47,522 nucleotides of DNA, from the IMG/VR virus record IMGVR_UViG_3300010384_000010; one strand, 5' to 3'. The stretch is from a virus. The first letter of the stretch is position 1. Each line of letters starts with the position of its first letter. The notes under the pieces are model-generated. The model was not told the origin of the DNA, did not search any database, and saw only the letters and a program-made list of their open reading frames with translations. Below, piece after piece: positions 12,933 through 19,919 of the stretch. Position numbers and translations under genes: made by a program.

Positions 12933-13669
12933 GCGCCCCGCCTCCGTTCCAGCTCCACCCGGGCGCAGTGCTTGGCATCCTCGCGCATGTCGGGCACCCC
13001 GGACATCCAGCGCAGGTAGTCGGCCGGGATCGTGTCCCAGGTCTGGCCCACATGCTTGCCGAGCGGGCAGCGGGGCAGGCGGGCCGGCTCGCGCGTCCAG
13101 GCGACCATCTCCGCGATCGCATTCTCGCGGGTCATCGTGAGCGTCATCTCGTCCAGGGCCCGCGACAGGATGCCGGCGGTCACCCGGGCATCGTGCAGGG
13201 CCGAGTGCGCCTCTTTGGCGCCGTTGCGCCCACGGCGCCCGATCTTGAGCCAGTAGCGCAGCCCCTCGTTGCTGTGGGAGGGAGCGTCGGGCCACAAGCG
13301 CAGGGCGGCCTTGTAGGTGCAAATCCAGGGCAGGTCGAGCAGGTCCTGCTCATCGCGCAGCACGCCGCGCTCATACTCGGCGTTGTGGGCAGCCAGGAGG
13401 ATCGAGCCCTCGCCGCCGTCCGACAGGAAGAGCTGCACTCGCAGCTCCGCCAGGGCGTCAATCCAGCTCGGCGCCCCCGCCAGGTCCTCCGGAATGATGT
13501 GGTGGACGGCCGAGACCTCGGGCGGCAGCTCGACGCCCTCGGGCAGGGCGACCAGCGTGTCCCAGCCGTACGCGGCCTCGTCGGGCGAGGCCAGGCCGAT
13601 TTCCACGGCGTGCGCGGTCTGCGCGTCGCGGCGGTCGGTTTCGAAGTCGAGCGTGAAGATGAAGTGCAT
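12929..13669 (-). CDS. DnaQ/ExoX-like 3'-5' exonuclease with a C-terminal DUF3820-like tail
   Basis: DEDDh motifs are present: FTLDFETD, AAHNAEYERGVL and AHSALHDARV. The C-terminus reads CPLGKHVGQTWDTIPADYLRWM. Trimmed to the ATG at 13667-13669. Confidence 0.75.
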   Translation of the reverse strand: MHFIFTLDFETDRRDAQTAHAVEIGLASPDEAAYGWDTLVALPEGVELPPEVSAVHHIIPEDLAGAPSWIDALAELRVQLFLSDGGEGSILLAAHNAEYERGVLRDEQDLLDLPWICTYKAALRLWPDAPSHSNEGLRYWLKIGRRGRNGAKEAHSALHDARVTAGILSRALDEMTLTMTRENAIAEMVAWTREPARLPRCPLGKHVGQTWDTIPADYLRWMSGVPDMREDAKHCARVELERRRGA

Positions 13670-14025
13670 CAATCGTTCCCCTTTACGAATGGTGAGCGCA
13701 GGCGGCCGTCCCGCCAGCACTGTTTAATGTTCTCCGACTGCGAAACCGGCTCCAGATGGTTCGGGTTGCAGCAGAGGGTGTTGTTGCAGCGGTGAGCGGT
13801 CACGTGGTGGCGCAGGAATCGGTGTCCCCACGCCACGGCCGCGAGCCAGTGGGACTTGAATTTGAAGCCGAAGATGTATGCCTGGCCGTACCGGCCATCG
13901 GTCGACTGGGCCCAATTCCAGCACCCGGTCTCCAGGTCGAGCGTGCAGCGCTCCAGGACGTATTCCCGGGCCTCGGCCAGGACCAGCGCGAGGAACAGGC
14001 ACGCGGCGGTCTCGCGATCACCCAT
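13669..14025 (-). CDS. HNH endonuclease
   Basis: AHRCNNTLCCNPNHLEPVSQSENI matches the HNH_3-type signature. Trimmed to the ATG at 14023-14025. 118 aa. Confidence 0.7.
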   Translation of the reverse strand: MGDRETAACLFLALVLAEAREYVLERCTLDLETGCWNWAQSTDGRYGQAYIFGFKFKSHWLAAVAWGHRFLRHHVTAHRCNNTLCCNPNHLEPVSQSENIKQCWRDGRLRSPFVKGND

Positions 14026-14272
14026 CGATCGCCCCCCACGTGAAGGGTAGGGCGAGCTGCGGGTCGGGGATGTCGCGCACGGCGAAGCTGCGGGGAGGGG
14101 CACCCAGCGTGGCGTTCCGGGTCTCGCGGCTCTGGCGGATGTACGCCTCGCGGTTGCGGAACGTCTCGCGGAGCCACTGGTCATCCATCACGCGCACCCC
14201 GAACCGGGGCGGCGGAACCTGGATTTCGTCGGTCATCGTCTCAGCCATGAATCCTAAGAACCGCTTTAACAT
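14018..14272 (-). CDS. Hypothetical protein
   Basis: ORF 14018..14458 trimmed to the ATG at 14270-14272, which directly follows CATAGAGGATAGAGAG. 84 aa. Confidence 0.45.
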   Translation of the reverse strand: MLKRFLGFMAETMTDEIQVPPPRFGVRVMDDQWLRETFRNREAYIRQSRETRNATLGAPPRSFAVRDIPDPQLALPFTWGAIDG

Positions 14273-14338
14273 CTCTCTATCCTCTATGTGCGGCAAACGC
14301 CGGGGGCGAATGCTACCACCCCCGGCCCCCTTCGTCAA
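14273..14338 (-). promoter_or_regulatory. Early promoter-leader unit (TTGACG-17-TGg-TAGCAT) with the -10 inside a hairpin loop
   Basis: -10 at 14310..14315 and -35 at 14333..14338. Inverted repeat arms gccggggg (14299..14306) and cccccggc (14319..14326). Motif at 14273..14288. Confidence 0.55.
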
Positions 14339-14760
14339 GCCGTGAGCACGGCCTCCAGCTCGTGGAAGGCAATCCTGTTGCGCCAGCAGGTGCCCAGCCG
14401 GCACAACTCCGCGAAGGTGGCGTGGCCGAGCCTGGGCTCCAGCGCCTGCCACCGCCACAGGCAGAACAGGTCGCCGATCTGGGCCAGCACAAACACCCGG
14501 CCGCTGCCCTGGCGGGCCCGGCGGGTCATCCAGTTGCGCTGATCCGAGGTTAGGTGGTCGTAGGCGAAGTCCCAGGGCCGATCCTGGTTGGCCGGGCCCT
14601 TATGTAGGTGCTTCAGCTCAATCCACCCATCCTTACCGTGGATGCCAAACGACACGTCCGGAATGCCGGTGGCGTATCGGTCCTCATGGCGCTGGGCATC
14701 CCAGCGGCTTGCCATGCCCGCCCGGACGTGGTCCCACAACTTCTGCTCGGGCTCACGCAT
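14335..14760 (-). CDS. VRR-NUC / PD-(D/E)xK-type nuclease
   Basis: GIPDVSFGIHGKDGWIELK fits the D...E-x-K core of VRR-NUC domains. Trimmed to the ATG at 14758-14760. Confidence 0.5.
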   Translation of the reverse strand: MREPEQKLWDHVRAGMASRWDAQRHEDRYATGIPDVSFGIHGKDGWIELKHLHKGPANQDRPWDFAYDHLTSDQRNWMTRRARQGSGRVFVLAQIGDLFCLWRWQALEPRLGHATFAELCRLGTCWRNRIAFHELEAVLTA

Positions 14761-15421
14761 CGGCGGGGGCCTCCCCCACAGTGCAGTCCGGGCCGGCGAC
14801 GAAGTACAGGCGCAGGCCGCGCTTGGCACAGGCCCGACCCACCTCGTCGGCGAAGTGGCCGTCACCGTCCTCGCGCACCAGCCACACGGCCGAGCCCGCC
14901 GGGATGCCGTGCAGGTTGTCCGGGTGCGTGGTCGTGTGACAGGACGCCCGGTGGTGGCCGCGCACCTGGGCGGCGCGCGCCGGGTTGCGGCAGACGATCG
15001 CGTGGGGGGTCGGAATAGCCGGCACTGGGGCCACGTCGCCCTGGAGCAGCCAGTGGTGGTCGGTGAGCGCCTCACCCGCCCGCTCACCCGCGATCCCCGG
15101 GGCGAGCCGCTCCACCATCATCCCACGCAACAGGAGCAGGTAGAGGATGGCATCGTCCACCCGCCCGGTGATCGGCTCGGCGTACTCGCGGGCCTCGCCC
15201 CGGGCGGAGTCATTCACCCAAGTGGTGACCGAAAACATGTGCTTGTCCAGGGCGACCATGAGCACCTGCTCGCGGGTCAGGCCCAGGCGCGCGGCGGAGG
15301 CTTCGAAGTTGGCAAACTGGCTCTGTGCGCGCTGGGTGTACTCCTCGCCCTTGGCGGCGGTCAGCGCCAACAGGCGCTCGTGCAGCTCGTTGATGCTTTG
15401 CTTGAATTCGTGCTTGTTCAT
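14753..15421 (-). CDS. DUF1599-like (all-alpha, nucleotide-modification-associated) domain fused to an unknown ~110-aa C-terminal domain
   Basis: KGEEYTQRAQSQFANFEASAARLGL...LDKHMFSV...DDAILYLLLL matches the DUF1599 pattern as I recall it. The start overlaps the datZ stop. Trimmed to the ATG at 15419-15421. Confidence 0.45.
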   Translation of the reverse strand: MNKHEFKQSINELHERLLALTAAKGEEYTQRAQSQFANFEASAARLGLTREQVLMVALDKHMFSVTTWVNDSARGEAREYAEPITGRVDDAILYLLLLRGMMVERLAPGIAGERAGEALTDHHWLLQGDVAPVPAIPTPHAIVCRNPARAAQVRGHHRASCHTTTHPDNLHGIPAGSAVWLVREDGDGHFADEVGRACAKRGLRLYFVAGPDCTVGEAPADA

Positions 15422-15999
15422 GCCTGCGGCCCCGTGAGCTTGCCGGTGAGAGTGTAGACCGCGATTTGGGTCTCGTATCCCAATTCGACGGCGGTGTATA
15501 AGTCGTGCGCCTTGAACAGGTCGGCGATCGCACGGGACAGCGCCTGCCGCAGGCCATCGTAGACTTGCCGCGCATGGGCCCCGACGCCGAAGTCCCGAAT
15601 CCATCCGCACGCCTCGGCGAGGTCGGCCACCTTGACGATGTAGCCGGCCAGGGGGCATTCCCCATCGGGGGACACGCAGAAGGCCAGGTCCGAAATGCTC
15701 TGGTCCACCGCGTGCGCCGTTCGGTCGAGCAGTTGCCGCCCGCCTTCGCCTAGCATGCGCTTGGCGTTGCTGGGCATGTCACCCGTCACTACTTCGTGCA
15801 GGTCGTGGACGCGCGCCCACTCCATCGCGTTCAGCGTGATCGAGTTGCCCCAGTCCAGCAGGCCCAGGACCCGGAGCAGCTCTTCGGTGATCAGGCCCAC
15901 CCGGTACATGTGTTCGGCGATGGTCTGCTCGCGCGAGGTGGCCACGATGTGCCAGCGGCGCACGTGACCCGCCCGCATTTTTTGGTCAAGCGTCAACAT
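15418..15999 (-). CDS. datZ: HD-domain dATP triphosphohydrolase (DatZ-like)
   Basis: HD-superfamily motifs are present: RRWH, IAEHMYRV, VHDLHEVVTGD and KVADL. It lies directly downstream of mazZ and purZ. Confidence 0.7.
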   Translation of the reverse strand: MLTLDQKMRAGHVRRWHIVATSREQTIAEHMYRVGLITEELLRVLGLLDWGNSITLNAMEWARVHDLHEVVTGDMPSNAKRMLGEGGRQLLDRTAHAVDQSISDLAFCVSPDGECPLAGYIVKVADLAEACGWIRDFGVGAHARQVYDGLRQALSRAIADLFKAHDLYTAVELGYETQIAVYTLTGKLTGPQA

Positions 16000-16321
16000 G
16001 GGAGAACACCCCAGAAGGGAGCTGCGCCCACTGGCGCCGCCGGTTGATGAAAAGTTTGGCCAGGACGGCGTCCGCCACGTCCACGCCGTTCATGGAGGCA
16101 AGGTCGAGCAGCATGATGAAGACGTCGCCCCACTCCAGCGGGTCGGCCGGGCTCTTGATGACCTCGCCCAGCTCTTCGAACAGCTTGAGCCAGGCGGCGG
16201 CGGGCTGGCGGGCCGGGAACGTCTCGGAGGCCCACCCGTGGACGCGCGCCTGAAGGGCCGCCACAGTGATAGCGCCCCCCTCCTCGGAGGGCGCCCCGGG
16301 CGTGGGGAGGGACCCGTTCAT
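15986..16321 (-). CDS. mazZ: MazG-like NTP pyrophosphohydrolase (MazZ-like)
   Basis: LKLFEELGEVIK...EWGDVFIMLLDLA is a MazG-type acidic helix pair. ATG 16319-16321 overlaps the purZ TGA (ATGA). Confidence 0.6.
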   Translation of the reverse strand: MNGSLPTPGAPSEEGGAITVAALQARVHGWASETFPARQPAAAWLKLFEELGEVIKSPADPLEWGDVFIMLLDLASMNGVDVADAVLAKLFINRRRQWAQLPSGVFSHVDA

Positions 16322-17472
16322 GCCAGCTGCCTCGCGCGGTCCGTATACTGGCGGTCCGCCCACTGGTCAAACGGAGGGAGGACGGCGGCAACGTCGGGGT
16401 GGGTGCCGAGCCACGGATACTCGGCCACATCGCCGGCCGCCGGGCCGAAGCCCAGGTAGGTCATCGTGCCGCCCGCCCGCGAAACGGTCAGGTCGGTGCG
16501 GCGGATGAACTGGCGGAACTTGTCGATCGGCACGTAGTTGCAGAAGTTGAGAAAGACATCGTCCACGCCACAGGCGCGCACGGCCTCGGCCAGCTGGACT
16601 TGGGACATGGTGAAGATGCGGCGGGGCAGCTTCGTGACGGTGGTCAGCTCGGGCTCGCGGCCCAGGTCGCGCAGCCAGTCCAGTTCGACCTGGTCCGGGT
16701 AGCACGGGCCGGAGAAGCCCACCTGGTTGCCGGCCTCGTCGAAGCGGTTCGCGACGCGGATCGGGTAGGTGCGCGCGCACCCCACGACCCGGAGCTGCCG
16801 GGCGGCACGCGCGGGGATGCCCACGTCCGCCAGGACTTGGTGGGTGCTCACGTCGCGCGAGGTGCAGTAGGGGTAGAAGCCATGATAGAGCGAGAGGCTG
16901 TAGCCCTGGGCGCCCTCGATCTGGACCTCCCGGGCCACGTCCCAGGCGTTGGCGTAGGTCTCGGCGCTGGCGACCGCGAAGGCCAGGCCGGCGGCCTCGA
17001 TGTCCGGATGCACACCGCGCAGGGCGGACCACGCGGTGTTGTGCTTGTCGGGGTCGCGGCGGATGCGCTCGATCATCGCCTCGCCCACGCCCTTTTTCGT
17101 GCTGCCGATCTTGGTCATCGGGCCGGCTTCCAGGTCGCGGTGTTCTTGGGTGATAACCGCCGCGTGCGGGTGGATGAGGATGTCCACGTCGCGCAAGTGG
17201 TCGCGGCACGCCTCCAGCTCGGCGCGCAGGGCGGCCGGGTTGAGCAGGGAGCCGGGGCCGATCAGCAGGCGGCGCAGGTTCGGGGAGACCACGCCGTTGG
17301 CCAGCATCGTGTGGATGTAGCTGCGGCCGGCACCGTCGATGAAGGTGTGGCCCGCGTTGGCGGCCCAGGCGGTGGCCACGGTATCGGGGCGCCGGGTCTG
17401 CGCGAGATAGCCCGCGATCAGGCCCTTGCCGGTGGAGCCATATTGCAGGTCGATGATGAGGTTGCCTTTCAT
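16318..17472 (-). CDS. purZ: PurZ, N6-succino-2-amino-2'-deoxyadenylate synthase (PurA homologue)
   Basis: Trimmed to MKGNLIIDLQYGSTGKGLIAGYLA. The P-loop reads GSTGKG instead of the PurA GDEGKG. The blocks GAQGYSLSL, FYPYCTSRD, ELTTVTK, VFLNFCNY and YLGFGP match PurZ of known Z-genome phages as I recall them. Confidence 0.85.
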   Translation of the reverse strand: MKGNLIIDLQYGSTGKGLIAGYLAQTRRPDTVATAWAANAGHTFIDGAGRSYIHTMLANGVVSPNLRRLLIGPGSLLNPAALRAELEACRDHLRDVDILIHPHAAVITQEHRDLEAGPMTKIGSTKKGVGEAMIERIRRDPDKHNTAWSALRGVHPDIEAAGLAFAVASAETYANAWDVAREVQIEGAQGYSLSLYHGFYPYCTSRDVSTHQVLADVGIPARAARQLRVVGCARTYPIRVANRFDEAGNQVGFSGPCYPDQVELDWLRDLGREPELTTVTKLPRRIFTMSQVQLAEAVRACGVDDVFLNFCNYVPIDKFRQFIRRTDLTVSRAGGTMTYLGFGPAAGDVAEYPWLGTHPDVAAVLPPFDQWADRQYTDRARQLA

Positions 17473-17687
17473 TTCGCGCGGTCCCCTGTGCATTCGGTGT
17501 CGTAGGTGTGGTGGAAGTCTGGCCAGCCAGTGGCCGGGTCCTGCTTGTGCGCCGCGACCATGCGGCAATACTCGTCCTGATCATCGTTGCGAGGGCCGGG
17601 CAGCAGGGCGACGGCCGCCAGCACCACGAGGGCGAGGGCGAGCAGGGCCAGCCACAACGGGTCAGCGGTCTTCAGTGGGTTTTTCAT
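17469..17687 (-). CDS. Small membrane protein
   Basis: 72 aa with a TM segment LWLALLALALVVLAAVALL. The stop overlaps the purZ start. The leader motif lies upstream. Confidence 0.55.
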   Translation of the reverse strand: MKNPLKTADPLWLALLALALVVLAAVALLPGPRNDDQDEYCRMVAAHKQDPATGWPDFHHTYDTECTGDRAK

Positions 17688-17693
17688 CCTGTG

Positions 17694-17747
17694 CCTCTAT
17701 GCTCTATGGGCGGGAGGGAGTATAGCACGGCCGTCACGCGCCGTCTA
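17694..17747 (-). promoter_or_regulatory. Promoter-leader unit (TAGACG-17-TGc-TATACT) driving the purZ operon
   Basis: -10 at 17719..17724 and -35 at 17742..17747. Motif cctctatgctctatggg at 17694..17710. Confidence 0.45.
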
Positions 17748-17753
17748 CGCCTG

Positions 17754-17771
17754 CTTCACATCGTCTTCACG
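17754..17771 (+). repeat. Third copy of the 11-bp-phased CTTCAC(A/G) direct repeat, in inverted orientation
   Basis: The plus strand reads cttcacatcgtcttcacg. It lies 7-24 bp upstream (in the sense direction) of the -35 at 17742..17747. Confidence 0.4.
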
Positions 17772-18051
17772 CCCCGGGCATGCGAAGATTGAGCGCGTGG
17801 AGGCGGAAGCTCTCCGCTGCCGCCAGCCCCTCGCGGGCACGCTCGACGCGGCGGGTTGCACGCTCGATCAACGTGTTGTGGGCCGCCTCCCAGGTGTCGT
17901 ACAGCGTGGACCGCCCCAATCCGTCCTTGATGAAATATTCGAACGGGCGGCCGGTGCTGAAAGTGCGCTTGACCTTCGCCCCCTTGGGCGTCTTTTTCAC
18001 CAGCTCGACCGGGTGAATCTCGCCGTGCTCCAGCAGGTATAGCGTGGTCAT
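17767..18051 (-). CDS. Hypothetical protein
   Basis: 94 aa (MTTLYLLEHGEIHPVELVKKTPKGAKVKRTF...). Confidence 0.6.
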   Translation of the reverse strand: MTTLYLLEHGEIHPVELVKKTPKGAKVKRTFSTGRPFEYFIKDGLGRSTLYDTWEAAHNTLIERATRRVERAREGLAAAESFRLHALNLRMPGA

Positions 18052-18062
18052 GTTGGGCCTCC

Positions 18063-19919
18063 TCAGGCCGATGCAATGTGCCAGTTTTCGCCCACACCCT
18101 GGTCCGTGCGGATCGGCACGCGGAGCGAGATGCGGTCCTCGGGGCCAAACGCGGTCAAGATGCGGTTGACCTCGTCCTTCAGATGGTCGCAGCCCTCGGG
18201 CAGCATCCAGTCAAACTCGTCGTGCACGTTCAGGACCAGCCGCGCCCCGGCCTCGCGGATGTGGTCGGGCTGCGATTCGAAGAACTGGTCCGCCTCCACG
18301 AGCTTCACCTTCAGCGCGTCGGCCGCCGTGCCCTGGAAGATCAGCCCGCCGGCCTTGTACACAAACATGCCGCGCGGGAACCGGATGCGGCGGCCCAGGA
18401 TGGTGCACACGTGGCCCCGGGACTTGGCCACGGCCGACGCGTCCTTGAGCAGGTCCCGCACGCCGGGGATGTTGGCGTGGTACTTTTCAAACACCGCCTC
18501 CGCCTCGGGGCCAGGCTTGACCCAGGTCCCGCCGCGCCCGTTGGGCTCGATGGTGAACGGCAGGCCCATCTCCTGGGCGAGCTTGCCCTGGCCCATGCCG
18601 AACACCAGCCCCAGGTTGATCTGCTTGGCGTTGGGGTCACCCGCGAACCGGGCGGAGCGGGGCAGGCCGGTGAGCCCGGCGGCCAGCGAGTGGAAGTCGG
18701 TGTCGGGGTCCTTGTTGTACATCTCCAGAATTTCGGCGTTCCGCACATAGTGGGAGAACACCCGGAAGTCCATCTGCGCCCAGTCGTTGCAGACCCATCG
18801 GCAGCCCTGGTACGGCACGAACACCGCGCGCACGATGGCCGCCATGTCCTTGTCGCGCTTCGGAATCTGCTGGAGCGCCGGGGCGTTGACGGACAGGCGG
18901 CCGGTGCCGGTCCCCACGTCGCCCTCGCTCTTCGTCTGGTTGATGTTGGCGTGGATGAGGCCGCCGTGGTGGTTGCCCAGCACGTGGCCGCGCAGGAACG
19001 TGTCCCGGGCCTTGATCATTTTGCGCAGGCCCAGGATCTTCGCCGCCGCCGGGTGCTTCATGCGGCGCAGACAGTCCGCGTCGATCGATGCCTTGGCCCC
19101 GCTGTCGGAGGGGTCGGCAATCGTGCCATCGTTCAGCACAAAAATCTTCGTGCCGTCCGCCGTCCGCTCCTCGCGCGGTTCGAACAGCTTGTGGATGCTG
19201 CCGCTGGGGTTGGGGTTGACCGGAAATCCGGCCAGCCGGTCCAGCTCGCGCTGCTCCTGGCGCACCTTCACGTCCAGGGCATTGGCCGCGCGCTCGGCGG
19301 CCCCGATGTCCACCCGGACGCCGTACTGCTCCATCCGTACGATGACGGGCAGCAGCTGCATCTCCAGCTCGTGGACGCGCTCCAGGCCCTGTTTCTCGAT
19401 CTGCTCCTGCTGCCACATCCACAGGCGCAGGGCTGCGCGGGTGTCCTGCTTGGCGTAGCGCCCGACGATGCTTGCCGGGGCGCGGGGCAGGTTGGGCATC
19501 TGCGCGTGCCGGGTCGGCTTGCCGCCGAACAGGTCCGCCAGCTCCTGGTAGATGGAGGAGTCCTTGCCGATCCCCACGCAATCCTTGGCGACCGAGTCCA
19601 GGTCATAGGTGAGCCGGTGCTCATCAATCAGCGCCGCGCGGATCATTGTACACTCGGTGCGGTCGTTCGGCAGGATGATTCCGGCCTCGCGCGAGAAGTG
19701 CCAGTCGAACTTTATATGGTGGTTGACGACCTTGCGCACGCGGGGCATCTCCTCGCGCAGCCAGTCGATGACCTCGGGCTCGCGCCGGACGTCCCAGTAG
19801 TGATCCTGCTCGGGCGTGGAGAGGGCGACCCCGAAGATTTTGTCCTGCCACCAGGTCAGCCCGGTGGTCTCCAGGTCGTACGCGATGACCGGATAGTCGG
19901 CGATGCGGGGGAAGCTCAC
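18063..19919 (-). CDS. dpoZ: Family-A DNA polymerase with 3'-5' exonuclease domain (DpoZ-type candidate)
   Basis: Exonuclease motifs IAYDLETTGL and NHHIKFDWHF. Polymerase motif A NDWAQMDFRVFSHY, motif B PNAKQINLGLVFGMGQGKLA and motif C LNVHDEFDW. It lies next to the purZ cluster. Confidence 0.8.
   Translation of the reverse strand: MSFPRIADYPVIAYDLETTGLTWWQDKIFGVALSTPEQDHYWDVRREPEVIDWLREEMPRVRKVVNHHIKFDWHFSREAGIILPNDRTECTMIRAALIDEHRLTYDLDSVAKDCVGIGKDSSIYQELADLFGGKPTRHAQMPNLPRAPASIVGRYAKQDTRAALRLWMWQQEQIEKQGLERVHELEMQLLPVIVRMEQYGVRVDIGAAERAANALDVKVRQEQRELDRLAGFPVNPNPSGSIHKLFEPREERTADGTKIFVLNDGTIADPSDSGAKASIDADCLRRMKHPAAAKILGLRKMIKARDTFLRGHVLGNHHGGLIHANINQTKSEGDVGTGTGRLSVNAPALQQIPKRDKDMAAIVRAVFVPYQGCRWVCNDWAQMDFRVFSHYVRNAEILEMYNKDPDTDFHSLAAGLTGLPRSARFAGDPNAKQINLGLVFGMGQGKLAQEMGLPFTIEPNGRGGTWVKPGPEAEAVFEKYHANIPGVRDLLKDASAVAKSRGHVCTILGRRIRFPRGMFVYKAGGLIFQGTAADALKVKLVEADQFFESQPDHIREAGARLVLNVHDEFDWMLPEGCDHLKDEVNRILTAFGPEDRISLRVPIRTDQGVGENWHIASA

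Noticed and set aside
16318-17568. N-terminal extensions offered by the ORF track for many genes (e.g. purZ 416 aa, helicase 520 aa, VRR-NUC 250 aa, 14753-15658, 9913-10725, 5639-6484, 32995-34068, 42467-43120).
   Set aside because: The extensions are Arg/Pro/Gly-rich and overlap the upstream gene. They precede an internal ATG that has an SD, the ATAGAG leader or an ATGA stop-start overlap, and where the conserved domain begins. The starts were trimmed accordingly, and the trimmed coordinates are inferences.
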